This document shows positions 11,441 through 24,900 of a DNA stretch of 41,339 nt, piece after piece. The notes beneath the pieces are model-generated. The model did no database searches and was not told where the DNA came from. It saw nothing but the letters and a program-made list of their open reading frames with translations. Every line of letters starts with the position of its first letter. The stretch's first letter is position 1. Position numbers and translations under genes: made by a program. The stretch spans positions 139,503,231 to 139,544,569 of the forward strand of contig NC_068983.1 of the NCBI RefSeq assembly GCF_001194135.2, given 5' to 3'. This stretch comes from Octopus bimaculoides (lineage: Eukaryota).

Positions 11441-13814
11441 TGTGCGGTATATATATTGTTTAGATTAGAATCTGTATTAGACAACCACTGTCTAGTACAG
11501 CCAAACTCGCACATACCTCTAAGACGGGATGTAGTGAATGACGTGTCTATAACATATCATTAATTTCCCTCAGATGAAGAAAAAGAACTCAAAAGCCCGC
11601 AGGAATTATAAGTTTGTCCAAAATAAAATGGAAATAATTAAGAAAAATAAAAGCCGTTTTAATCAAAATTATTTTACACTTTTAGCAGAGAAAAAATTTG
11701 ACTTCTCTTTTTCTGTAGTGGCAGTACTTCAGAATGGACATATTATNNNNNNNNNNNNNNNNNNNNNNNNNNNNNNNNNNNNNNNNNNNNNNNNNNNNNN
11801 NNNNNNNNNNNNNNNNNNNNNNNNNNNNNNNNNNNNNNNNNNNNNNNNNNNNNNNNNNNNNNNNNNNNNNNNNNNNNNNNNNNNNNNNNNNNNNNNNNNN
11901 NNNNNNNNNNNNNNNNNNNNNNNNNNNNNNNNNNNNNNNNNNNNNNNNNNNNNNNNNNNNNNNNNNNNNNNNNNNNNNNNNNNNNNNNNNNNNNNNNNNN
12001 NNNNNNNNNNNNNNNNNNNNNNNNNNNNNNNNNNNNNNNNNNNNNNNNNNNNNNNNNNNNNNNNNNNNNNNNNNNNNTATATATATATATATATTGCTTC
12101 TTTTTAATAGGGTTGAGTGAGAGATTGTTATTGTTAGTTAACGTTGATGGACAGGAGTGATAAAGTCGAAAAATAATGGATTAACTTGCGAAGTTAATTT
12201 AGATGCTTCTGGAAAGAGAAGTCTGATATTTATCTGCATGAATGACAGCTGCTATGGACATTTTCCGGTCTATTAAAGCTCATAATTTTTGTAACAACTC
12301 AGGCTTGACAAGGTGAAAAGATGATACATATAGAAAAGGGGTTACGAATAATTTATGGCAAGTAAAATGTGGCTAATTAAAAAATAATGTTAAGAAAAAT
12401 TCTCTTTATGAAGTTGTAGCATAAATTTCGATAAATAATAATTTTTCTATATGTAACAAACAATATGTCGTCACTTCAAGAAGTCTTTAAAACAATACAC
12501 TACGCGTATAAGATCTGATAAACATAAGTTGTATCTGTATTCAAATATCAAATTTCTTTTCTCCTTTGAGTATAAATTAAATAATAGAATAATGTATAAT
12601 TGTAAATGTCTTGAAATTATCTTCCGTTATTTGCGATTCGCAAACAATAACCCTAGCTGTTTGATATTTTTCTCTAAGAGAGTAATTCTAATTAATTGAG
12701 AATACAGTATTCCCTACATGACGCATTCCTAATCATGATTTATCCAAATTTCATCCCTGTTCGCAGAGTTTACGGTAGCCTCGGGTCGACTGAAATCACG
12801 TAAACAAAATCGTATATAAACTGATAATATTTCAAATAAAGTGCAACTGTAATTCCAAAGGCCACTTTTGCCACATAGTATGTCACTGATTATATCTGGG
12901 GATAACGTTCAGGTTACATTTGTAAACGTACCGTGATGTGGACGTTCATCTGTATACACACACATGCACGCACACATAACACACAGCTGTATGTGTATGA
13001 ATGCGAGAGAGAGAAATAGAGGAGGAGTTGTGGCTATTGAAATATCTGCGTTTAGGCACTGTTGCTTATCCAGAACTAGCCCTTTATTGTGTTATCTATG
13101 ATTAATGGCTTACCAGCTGTGAGCATGTAGTCTTTTACTGCAACCACAATGAATCTGCCATAACAATATCGACTGTATCCTTCCTTTATCAACATTGTAG
13201 CATCTGTATTGAGGGAAATGTTTATCCTTTTTCTAGGCGATGATCAAACAGTTTGTGGTAGTATTGTTGTTCGTTTATACGCAGGGGAGGTTTAGACATG
13301 CTGAAATGCTATGTATATAAGCACAACTTTGTAGAAGAATGCATGTTTCACTGTAATTATATTGATACAAGATGTGTACGTTGTGAAGTTATCAATAACT
13401 TGATGTGGATGAAATTAATTCAATCAATGAAGTTTTTCTGAGGAATCAACTAGATTTGGAAAGCAGTAGCAAAATTTGGAATGAATAAATGAATGTTTAC
13501 TTGTTTAATTTTTCATATGTGTAATACTCCGAGCAATATTTATACAATAGACTTTTTCTCTTTTATCTACTATATTTTCGATAGTCACTCTCAAATGCGT
13601 CAGTGCGCATGTGCGTATAGTGGTATATATTAATGCATGCATACATTCATGCATGTATGTATGTATTTATGTATGTATTATGCTTCAACTCATATGTGTA
13701 CCTGTGTGCAAGGTATATATATATAAGACAAAAAAGAAAGAACTACAGAAGGCTTTTTTCACTCTCCTTTGTCTTTCATACATCCAACACGTGCTTTCAC
13801 ATACCAACTCTCTC

Positions 13815-13850
<36 letters not shown>

Positions 13851-14042
13851 TTTATTTAAAAGCAGCAGAATTATAACAAAAAACCATTACTCTAAGTTTC
13901 ACGTTCCCGTTCATCGGACAGTTTTGTTAGAAATGGAGAAAGGATAANNNNNNNNNNNNNNNNNNNNNNNNNNNNNNNNNNNNNNNNNNNNNNNNNNNNN
14001 NNNNNNNNNNNNNNNNNNNNNNNNNNNNNNNNNNNNNNNNNN

Positions 14043-14089
<47 letters not shown>

Positions 14090-14171
14090 ATGTGTGTGTG
14101 TATGTGTGTGTGTGTGTCTGTGTGTGTGTCTGTGTGTGTGCGTCTGTGTGTGTGTATGTGTGTAGTTGAAA

Positions 14172-14325
14172 TTTATAGAAACACAAAAAACGAAGACGGG
14201 TGTATGAATAAGAAGCATGTGTACAAGTTTGAAGCCCTGGTAAATGAAAAAGAATCTTTTACGTTTCGAACCTTAGGCTCTTCAACAGAAGGGAATAAGA
14301 GAAAATATATAGAGAGACAATGAAA
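14172..14325 (-). mobile_element. pLTR-like mini-element family C with hammerhead-like motif at 14261-14288
   Basis: Reverse complement reads CTGTTGAAGAGCCTAAGGTTCGAAACGTAAAAG, followed by a tail homologous to 22050-22140. Confidence 0.7.
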
Positions 14326-14759
14326 AAAAAAACTTGTCGATTTCAGCGATCCAGTAAGTTGGCGCTTACTTATTCAAATTATCATAGTATAATCAGAATT
14401 ATTAATATTGTTTGCAAATTTGCACCCTCGCCATATGCCTAATAATATCTTACCTACACTTTGCCACACTTCGTAATACCAAGAAATAACGAATACATAT
14501 GATGATTATAATTTTAATTTTATCACATTTTAAGTTTTGAAAGAAAAAATATTTATTAATCACGAATATAATTAAATACCGCAAATTAGTCATTTATACA
14601 ATTTTCCTGTAATTATTTTACCGTATGTACAAATTTCTCCGTGATTAACTCCTTTTGTTTTTCTTCTCTCTCATTATTTGTCTTTCTCACTGTGTATGTA
14701 GTGTTCTTTTACTAATTGCTTACCACCAATCCCAGGACTCAACCTATCACCGATGTTAA

Positions 14760-14910
14760 CAATAATTTCAAATTTAGACGCGGTAAACATAGCTTTACAT
14801 CCTTCGCCATCGATAAAATAAGTACCAGACCACAATTAGGGTCGATGTGATCGATTTCATCATTCTCTAAAACCTCAGGTCTTGTGCTCATAATAGAAAT
14901 AATTATTATA
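14760..14910 (+). mobile_element. SINE family B, partial
   Basis: CTTTACATCCTTCGCCATCGATAAAATAAGTACCAG...GGGTCGATGTGATCG...GTCTTGTGC is shared with 16205-16605. Confidence 0.7.
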
Positions 14911-14955
14911 CAGTGGCATATTTATATATATATATATACACATCTGTATACATCT

Positions 14956-15006
<51 letters not shown>

Positions 15007-16204
15007 NNNNNNNNNNNNNNNNNNNNNNNNNNNNNNNNNNNNNNNNNNNNNNNNNNNNNNNNNNNNNNNNNNNNNNNNNNNNNNNNNNNNNNNNNNNNNN
15101 NNNNNNNNNNNNNNNNNNNNNNNNNNNNNNNNNNNNNNNNNNNNNNNNNNNNNNNNNNNNNNNNNNNNNNNNNNNNNNNNNNNNNNNNNNNNNNNNNNNN
15201 NNNNNNNNNNNNNNNNNNNNNNNNNNNNNNNNNNNNNNNNNNNNNNNNNNNNNNNNNNNNNNNNNNNNNNNNNNNNNNNNNNNNNNNNNNNNNNNNNNNN
15301 NNNNNNNNNNNNNNNNNNNNNNNNNNNNNNNNNNNNNNNNNNNNNNNNNNNNNNNNNNNNNNNNNNNNNNNNNNNNNNNNNNNNNNNNNNNNNNNNNNNN
15401 NNNNNNNNNNNNNNNNNNNNNNNNNNNNNNNNNNNNNNNNNNNNNNNNNNNNNNNNNNNNNNNNNNNNNNNNNNNNNNNNNNNNNNNNNNNNNNNNNNNN
15501 NNNNNATATATATATATATATGTGGGGGGGTATACATATGCTTTTTTATTTGTATATAGATAGATGTATGTGTGTGTGCGTGTGTTTGTTTATTTGTATA
15601 TATATGTAACTTCAAAAACATTAACTTTTTATTTTATTTTCGGTAATATTTCGCTATAAGTGAAACGAAGTTATATCAAATGAGGAGCGAAGCCATGCAA
15701 CGGTAGTAGCAAACCTGGCATTAAGATGCGTAAACGTGGCTCGCAGACCACTGAGTATTATTTGGATACTTTAGAGCGCAGCAGCACTCTCTCAATTGTT
15801 TTTCGAAAAATTAACGAACACCAAATGTCTTATCGCTGTTATGCTATAGGCATTTTGTACTACGATTTTAGACATCATGTGAATAGTGTACTCCGTGAAT
15901 ACAGACCACATCTAGTTTTATAGATATTTCCCTTTTTTCTTTAGTTTGCTTCCGTTGGCTTACAACTTTTCATTTTCGTTTAACTTGTAAGAAGTATATT
16001 TATACCTCCGCTAAGTTTAGAATATCTAATACTTGTGGTGTTCTTTATTTTCTTTCTCTTAAATTATTATTATTTATTCTAGTTAATACGAAATTCTCTG
16101 AACTCATTCGTATCCTCTCATTGTGGTGACTTTATCGGTAAATCATGTACAACGTTTCGATTTTCTTTCTTTATAAATATAAGGTAGGGGAATTTTATAC
16201 AATA

Positions 16205-16385
16205 CAAATCGTTAAAACACCGGGCAGAATGCTTAACTGAAATTCGTCCGTCATCTCGTTCTGATTTCAGATTCCGTGGAGGTCGACTTCACTTATAATC
16301 ATTTCCGAGTCGATGAAATAAGTACCAGTTAAACACTGTACTCGACTTCTCGAACTTCCTGCCCATGTGCTAAAATTGAAATGAA
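16205..16385 (+). mobile_element. SINE family B, first of a tandem pair
   Basis: CCGGGCAGAATGCTT...GAGGTCGAC...GAGTCGATGAAATAAGTACCAGTT...GTGCTAAAATTGAAATGAATATTA. The central motif resembles the Meta/MESC-type SINE domain (from memory, not aligned). Confidence 0.8.
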
Positions 16386-16401
16386 TATTACCTTTCTAAT
16401 T

Positions 16402-16605
16402 CGGGTGGCGAGATCGCAGAATCTTTAAAGCGCCGGGAAAAATGCTTGACTGCATTTCGTTCGTCTTTTCGTTCTGAGTGCAAATTCCTTTCATTTCTTT
16501 CGGGATTGATAAAACAAGTATCGGTCGAGCACTGGGGTCGATGTAATCGACTTATCCTTTCCACCAAATTGCTAGCCTTGTGCCAAAATTTCAAACCAAT
16601 ATTAG
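16402..16605 (+). mobile_element. SINE family B, second of a tandem pair
   Basis: A-box-like GGTGGCGAGATCGCAG; CCGGGAAAAATGCTT; GTTCTGAGTGCAAATTCC; CACTGGGGTCGATGTAATCGAC; ends GTGCCAAAATTTCAAACCAATATTA like the first copy. Confidence 0.8.
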
Positions 16606-18221
16606 TTTTCCAGTCTTTGAATATCGAGATTAGGCAATGAAGAAAGACACACATATTTGTAGTTCCTAATTTAGAGAAAGATTGTGCAATTAATTAATCA
16701 TTTCTGAGCTTGCTCTGTTTAAGCTGAATTTCTTCGCCAAGAAATCTAATTGTAGAAGAGTAACGAATTATCATTTAAGAGACATGTTTCTTATCACCTG
16801 AAAACTATGAAAATTGGAGGTGAGATCATAATACACCAGGTTTCGTAGACTAAAATCATTATTAGTAGTGGCTGATGAAACATTAGTATTGCATTCTTAT
16901 CTTAGGATTGATATATTTTTATTGATCTTGTGGTGAATCTTTCTGTCTACACGAACCGACTTTCTAGATCACGGTGTAGCGTTCGAAACTTCTGGATTTG
17001 CTATAAATTTGGACAGCAATAAAGAAATATTTAATTATCTTATTTGATCAACATTAATCTGCACGGTTGGTGTTGGTACTGGTAGTGGCATTATGGATAA
17101 CAGTATCAACAATAATGATTGTCTTCGGACTAAATGTTTGGAAGTCTTAACGAAAACGTTTCCATTCTTCATATTTTAATTGTATTTGTTTTAATGAGAT
17201 ATATAATCAGACACTTTGCCGTCGAGATTTTGACTTAAAAAGCATTAATAGAATCACTTCTTTTATTTTCTTTTTTACATTTTTCTCATTTAAAGCAAGC
17301 ATAATTCTACGTACCAATTATTAAAGTAATCTTAATCTGTAGTATAATTACAGGATAATTACCGTACATCATGATTTCCATAACCCCACATTGATTGTAA
17401 CGGAATCATATCCTTTCACTATATATACATACATCGTTCTTATTCATAATTAATCCTAAATAGTGCCGCCTTTGTTTTAACGCACCAGATGTTATATGTG
17501 CTATAACCGCGAGTAAAATACGTTGTAACTTGATTTAAACTCTACGAAATGATAAAGAATAAGAAGACTAATAGAATGAACACGTCATTGTATTTAACAT
17601 CACTTCAAACATAAATATCGAAATATCATTTCAATATCACCTCTGTATTTAATATTTCAATAAAATACATATCATTCGAATACTGTGGGATCTTTCTGCT
17701 TGAGTGTTTTTGCACTTAAATGCACCATTTTATCTATGTTAAATTTAATATGATATCAATAAATGGTTCAGTGGATTTCAATGAATAATTCCATACCGTA
17801 TTTGGTATATAGGTTTGGGCTTCCATTTGAAATACTTGTGGGAGTCAATTTGCAATTCATTGCTCCAGAAAATGAATTCCAGTGTTTATCCAAGAGCCTC
17901 TTCAATTACATTACGTTTCTTTATGATTCTATTTGTCTCCCAAAAGCAACACTATCGATATTATTTCATGTAACGATAACAGGAAACATGCTTCATTTAA
18001 TTTCCGTTCCCACATCGTTTAAACTTCCTGAGAATTGATACAGTAATTATGACCGATGATCTCTGAAACATGCTAAAGTTGCTAAAATAACATTTAAATG
18101 AAATTGAAAATGAATGGATCAGAAAATACACTTACGGCTAACATTTATGCATGGATACTGAACAATGTTATCTACTAGGAATACCACTGTTTTCTGTATC
18201 AAATATAGAGTCAAATCTGGC

Positions 18222-18263
<42 letters not shown>

Positions 18264-19015
18264 NNNNNNNNNNNNNNNNNNNNNNNNNNNNNNNNNNNNN
18301 NNNNNNNNNNNNNNNNNNNNNNNNNNNNNNNNNNNNNNNNNNNNNNNNNNNNNNNNNNNNNNNNNNNNNNNNNNNNNNNNNNNNNNNNNNNNNNNNNNNN
18401 NNNNNNNNNNNNNNNNNNNNNNNNNNNNNNNNNNNNNNNNNNNNNNNNNNNNNNNNNNNNNNNNNNNNNNNNNNNNNNNNNNNNNNNNNNNNNNNNNNNN
18501 NNNNNNNNNNNNNNNNNNNNNNNNNNNNNNNNNNNNNNNNNNNNNNNNNNNNNNNNNNNNNNNNNNNNNNNNNNNNNNNNNNNNNNNNNNNNNNNNNNNN
18601 NNNNNNNNNNNNNNNNNNNNNNNNNNNNNNNNNNNNNNNNNNNNNNNNNNNNNNNNNNNNNNNNNNNNNNNNNNNNNNNNNNNNNNNNNNNNNNNNNNNN
18701 NNNNNNNNNNNNNNNNNNNNNNNNNNNNNNNNNNNNNNNNNNNNNNNNNNNNNNNNNNNNNNNNNNNNNNNNNNNNNNNNNNNNNNNNNNNNNNNNNNNN
18801 NNNNNNNNNNNNNNNNNNNNNNNNNNNNNNNNNNNNNNNNNNNNNNNNNNNNNNNNNNNNNNNNNNNNNNNNNNNNNNNNNNNCTTGAAAAAGTTGACGA
18901 GGGACTGACCAGAAAGGAAAGTGTTTGTTTGTAGACCTTTCAAACGCGTCCACCACACACATTCTTTTGCCATAGCTATCAGTGTTACAAAAACCGTTTT
19001 CCTTACCGTTTAAAC

Positions 19016-19070
<55 letters not shown>

Positions 19071-19855
19071 CACACTCATACAAATATGCAAGAAGCAAGG
19101 TGATTTAACCTGGTTTAGGAGATTTTTAGTGTGAAATTTATTTTTATACATAATAAGATACACACATTTTATAATACCCATTTTCTGCATATATTCATAA
19201 CTTAATAAATTATACATTACAAAATACTCACGTTCAAAACGGGATAGCAAATGTATGTGTAAAACAATGTCAACAAACTATACATCACTAAAACACAAAG
19301 GTCAAATAACTTCTAGTATATTTAATATCTAGAGAGAATTTTGCTAACAACAAGCCTTCAAACATGCCTACATAATTTTGTGAAAGTGAAAGTATACGAT
19401 ACATTTCTATAGTAACCTTAACCATGACCTATCTGCTTGATAACCAGCACCTTCCCCAAACAAACAGGTAAAATCTTCTTAAAAGTATTATGAACTGTTA
19501 CTGTTACTATTATTATACATAATGCTTAAACGCATTATGAACTTACACCTGATACACGTAAATAAACACATTCTATGACAAATGTTTAAATGCTGAACTT
19601 TAACCATCGCATTCCCTTTTGCCTCTTACATTGTTTCACCTACTCCTTCTTGTTCAGTTATAAAGCTCGAGTAGCCCTGCGTTCGTTTTTAGTTGCATGC
19701 ACTTTTTTCTTAACTTGGAGGATATAAAAGTCGGCAGTATCCCAGTAATAGCTCTTTCTTCAACTTTTCCTCTGAAGTCGGACAATGACGGAAACGTTAG
19801 ATTTTCGTATTCTTGCGGCATGTTCACCGTGCTCGTTTTATCGATTCTACTACTT

Positions 19856-19924
<69 letters not shown>

Positions 19925-20321
19925 TCTCTTTTACTCTTTTACTTGTTTCAGTGTTTTGACTGCGGCCATGCTGGAGCACCACCTTTAGTCGAGCAAATCG
20001 ACCCCAGGACTTATTCTTTGGAAGCCTAGTACTTATTCTATCGGTCACTTTTGCCGAACCGCTACGTTACGGGGACGTAAACATACCAGCATCGGTTGTC
20101 AAGCGATGTTGGAGGGATAGACACAGATACACAAATACATACACACGTACATATATATATATATATACATATATACGACGGGCGTCTTTCAGTTTCCGTC
20201 TACCAAATCTACTCACAAGGCTTTGGTCGGCCCGAGGCTATAGTAGAAGACACTTGACGAAGATGCCACGTAGTGGGACTGAACCGGGAACCTTGTGGTT
20301 GGTAAGCAAGCTACTTACCAC
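19925..20321 (-). mobile_element. SINE family A, near full length
   Basis: Best-preserved copy. B-box-like CCCGGTTCAGTCCC (minus strand, 20276-20289), short internal (TA)n, tail of CTTTTA repeats abutting (CTAT)n at 19858-19924. Confidence 0.92.
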
Positions 20322-21740
20322 GGAGAGAGAGAAAAAAACTGAGCGGTAGAGAGAGGAAGATAGATGTATATATGTGTGTGTCTATGTGTCTATGTATGTA
20401 TGTGTGCGTTTGCATGTATAAGCATAAATACGTGTATATATGTATACATGTGTTTATGTATACATGCACGAAATTAGTCATAGAATTGACCGATGATTAA
20501 TATTAGCTTCTGGGTCTGATTTTATTTGTATCTGCATGACTTTGAAATTCCTTTGATTGATCATAATGATGTGATCGATAATGGTGTGATGATGTAAGCA
20601 TCCTAAATAGTTTTGCTGATGTTAAAGGTAACATGTATATTCATTGACTTTGGTTCATTTTATTTTGACTTAATTTAACTGGTGTTTTATTTTCCTAAGA
20701 TCAACGCAGATGTTGCTGTTAGTGATGTCTGATTATTGGAAATGCGAAACGATTTATCCTCTGAAGCTAGTGTTGAATTTATAGCTATGAAATTCAGTAT
20801 CTGATTTCAGTCAGGCAATCCTTAACGTGTTTATAATGCGAATGTTGTGTGCGGTTACACACACAAACACACACACACATACACATACATATACACATAC
20901 ACACACACACAAACTCACACACACATATGCTCCAGATACTCACACATTTCATATATATATATATGCGCGAATGGAAACAGGGAATTGCTGGTATTTAATC
21001 TCTTTCTTTGATAATTTCTCATGTTTAATATTTTGTTTAGAATACTAAAGTTTCTAAGTTTAATTGTTGTAAACCTTCTTCCCCTCATATTCAGAATGAA
21101 TATGTGTGAATAGTGTGTTGCTGCTGAGTGTTGTATTAAGAAGCAAGAAATTATGAAAATAATGCAATACACGATGTTATCGCCAGATTAAAAAAAATTG
21201 TTTATTGTTTAACAAAGACAAATTTCCCATCGACTGTCACTGCGTTTCTTTTGTGCAATTTGCATCTCTCTCTTAATGCAGCTTTCGTAGATTATCTGCT
21301 TAGCTTTCTGGAATTCTATATAAGATGTTACTTTTTGTTAACTAACATTTTTTACGTCATCTTTTAACTTATGTAACAATGTGTTGTAAGAGTACGTTGC
21401 TTTGACATTTACAACGTAAATGTATATTTGGTCAACGAGAAAGCGGTGTGTTTCCGTGCCTAGATTTAAAAAAAAAGGAAATAGACCTGAAATTTATAAA
21501 CTTAGTATTTATACTGAAATATGTATCTGTTTGCCTGAACTAATGTTTGCGCATGTAGTTTTCTAGCTTGTATTGCATCAGTATTGCTAGTTTGTAAATA
21601 TGATTAATATATTTTGTATTAACTTTTATGAAGTTATTTTTATAATATTGCATTCGTACATCCTGTCTATTATTTCATGTAAAATGTCATATATTTGGAC
21701 AGTCGCGGGTTCTGTTCGGGCGAATTACTACTTATATTAC

Positions 21741-21855
21741 AGTTGTATATTTAAGAGGTATCTAAGAAATCAGCCGAAACGTTGTCGAAACGTTGTGTTT
21801 ACAATAAACACGATGAGGACAAATATTTGTCAAATATAAATAATGTAACCAATGC
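21741..21855 (+). mobile_element. 115-bp insertion bounded by a 14-bp direct repeat
   Basis: ACTACTTATATTAC occurs at 21727-21740 and 21856-21869; the interior carries CCGAAACGTT and the palindrome GACAAATATTTGTC. Confidence 0.55.
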
Positions 21856-21989
21856 ACTACTTATATTACCATATATTGCATGGATGCGATAAAAAAATAG
21901 GTTTGTTCAACGGGAGTTATTAACCACTATTATGCATATCATTTTTGAAACTATTGGCCGCTAAATCGGGAATTAAAAAAAAATAATTA

Positions 21990-22142
21990 TTTTCTCTCTG
22001 TTTATGTTTTCGTGTTCCTTTCTGTTGAAGAACGTAGGATCGAAACGTAAAAGACTTTCTCACCTTCTCGAGCGTCAATCTAACACACCTGCTTGTTGTT
22101 TATACATCTGCCTTCGTCTTTTGTTTTTCTGTAAATTTCCAA
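21990..22142 (+). mobile_element. pLTR-like mini-element family C with hammerhead-like motif at 22022-22053
   Basis: CCTTTCTGTTGAAGAACGTAGGATCGAAACGTAAAAGACTTTCTC...CCTTCGTCTTTTGTTTTTCTGTAAATTTCC. Confidence 0.7.
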
Positions 22143-22239
22143 TATGTATATACACACACACANNNNNNNNNNNNNNNNNNNNNNNNNNNNNNNNNNNNNN
22201 NNNNNNNNNNNNNNNNNNNNNNNNNTATATATATGTATA

Positions 22240-22282
<43 letters not shown>

Positions 22283-24744
22283 GTGTGAGTGTGTGTGTGT
22301 GTATGGCTGTGTGTATGAGTGTGTGTATGAGTGTGTGCTTACGTGTAAACGGCTGTAACACGTGACATCTATAACTATATATTTTCTTCTTTGTTCACAT
22401 CTTTTTGAAAGGAATCATTTTCAAAAACTTTGAATTTCTCTTACAGTTCATCGAGCGCCAACGAAATGGATGCTATTAAGAGGTATATCTGATGGGGTTA
22501 TGAGTAAGAGTGACTTTGTCTGCAAGGAAAAAAAAAAAGGTGAAAAAGAAAGGAACATCATCCTTGATAAATACACTGAATTACAAAGCCCATATGAAGA
22601 ATCCGTGAACAAGTCTTTCGTGTATTTATAGTTTGCATTGCAGCTAGCGAAAAGATCATAGCTATCAATGGAGTTTTTTCTTTTCCGTGCATGAAGTAGC
22701 ATTTTGTAATGTATGCTGTTTATGAAATTATAGGTATAATACTAAGCCTATAGTTCACATTACAGTAAAAGTTTACTTAACATTTTAGTGGAGATTTTGT
22801 CAACATTCCCAACTTTTGGTAAATATTCTATGTACTCATCCAATAAAGGTTGCTGTGCCTTTCTGTCTTATATGTCAGCTGTTTAACGACTTTATTAGCT
22901 GATGTCTTGATTTGGATGATTGTGCATCTGTACTTGCTATTCGTCTTTTGAGATTCCACTGTACTATAGATGTATTTCACTGTACTGTAGATGTAGCTGT
23001 CATACGGGCCTTATTTGTGGGTTTGATGGTAATTAATTCATGAACATTTATTTTTCTTTATATGTTTTAATATTGCTGCGTTAACTTCCATGACTTCAAT
23101 AAGTTTGCTGTTAGCATGTGATAGTTTATTTATTTATGTTGTGTTTCAGGCTCTGACCATAACAAGCTGATAAAACTTTTGCACATTAAAACTTTTATTT
23201 AGAGTTTCTTTAAAATTCTTCTGTATGTCTCTGTTGTGTTTATATCTTGGATAATTGCTTTCCCACCTGAATAAGCTTCGTTGTTTCTCGTTTATCTTTG
23301 TGGTCCTATTATCGCTGAGTCAGACCAGAAGCATTAACATGAATTTGAGTTCAGCTCCCTGTCCGTTTTAGAAATAATGGAAATTCGGAGATGTAACTTG
23401 ATCTAGAGCCAGTGTAGGTTGAGGGGTGAAGAAATATGAATTGTGTAGGCAAAATTTCATCGTTTTTACGATGTGTACACAATCATTAGAAGATTGTATA
23501 TTCAACCATTTCAGTACACTGATGTTAAGTGAGGAATGTTTTCAAAAGGTACGATTTAACTGGGGAATTTCTATTAAAAGTTTTATATGGAACGACAAAC
23601 ATCTTACTACAGAATGTACTTCAAACAACCGGAATAAAATTGATATTTCATACTAGTCACGAAATCTCGTACTTTGGCTGTGAATGTACAAAACGTATTC
23701 ATTAAAAAACACTGTAATGCAGCATACAATTATCCATGAACTTTTTATTAATAGTAAATCACGTACAGAAAATGGGAAAAAGGACAAACGCATACAACGT
23801 AGAATAGACTATGATACTAACATTGATTTAATGACAGCAGAATGTATTCGAAAACTTAGCTGTTGTGGATAATAGTTGTACTACTGGGAAGCTATTTGTC
23901 ATTATGTAATTTATGCGTTCAGTGATGAACAACCCAGGAAATTTGGATGGAGGTTTGTATCTGAATAAACTGGTACTTTATTTTTCTTTATGAAAGGAAG
24001 AAATGCATAGTAACTGTCGGTGCGATTTGGAAACATATAGCAAATTTCCGCAAGGCACTGTATGTCAGGAACACGAGCTTTACTTTGTTTCCTGGATACA
24101 GTTCTTTAGAGGACCTGTACTTTATAGAAAGTTAGCATTTTTTCTGCTGCAAAAGCTAATGAGAACCAATATTTATCACGATCCTAGGCAAGAACACTCA
24201 TTGCACGTTAGCGATCTTTATTTTACTGAACAATTTATAATTTAACGAAAAGAATGTTCGCTTTTTAAATATTTATAAAATTGAGCCTATGGCTGTAGAA
24301 TGCATCACCGCGCTAAGTATATTAAACATATTATCAAATATTCTATCAATCCATCACCCTTAAAAAAAAAATTAAAAAAATAATAATGCGGGAACTTTAT
24401 ATTTCTCAAGCAAGGAATAATGGATATATTAATATGTTAATATGCATGTCTGCTACAAATCTCCATCCTCGGAATTGGCAATGGTAAGCACCTGAAATTA
24501 ATGATTGCCGGTGAAGAACTTTGTAATGTGTGCAGGGTAATGTACATAATATTACTTAAGGGTTGGCAGGCTTTAAAGCTGTTACAATACTACCCACACT
24601 CTAGATACCAGTGAACAGATAATACTACACAGAGATATAAACAGAAATCTGTGCAGTGATTATTACAGCCCAAGCGTTGTTTTAGTGCATGTTTACGAAT
24701 TTTACTGGTTCTCTGCCTTTTAAACTTTACATTTCCATTTTAGA

Positions 24745-24900
24745 TTACGGGCTCTAAGCTCAAATTCGTCCTAGGTATAAATTTAGCATGATGGTGCCTA
24801 TAAAATAAGTAAAAGCCGAGCACTCTGATTGATGTAACCATCTTACACTTTCAGCAAATTTTCTTGTCCTTTGCCAAAATTTGAAGCCATTTGAAGCCAT
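24745..24900 (+). mobile_element. SINE family B, old degraded copy
   Basis: GCTCAAATTCG...ATAAAATAAGTA...GAGCACT..GATGTAA...TGCCAAAATTTGAAGCC is collinear with 16402-16605. Confidence 0.5.

Noticed and set aside
17763-18038. ORF with RFGLPFEIL..QF..EF, reminiscent of an LTR integrase
   Set aside because: The catalytic SDNG motif is absent and there is no other LTR-element evidence.
19663-19830. 55-aa minus-strand ORF MPQEYENLTFPSLSDFRGKVEE...
   Set aside because: No splice signals or recognisable domain; it abuts a microsatellite and a SINE.
22466-22490. ATGGATGCTATTAAG (MDAIK) resembling the tropomyosin N-terminus
   Set aside because: It continues RYI* rather than KKM; a five-residue coincidence.
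22780-23300. A-rich minus strand with RIAST/TIIQI fragments suggesting a LINE endonuclease
   Set aside because: The fragments are too short and do not form an ordered series.
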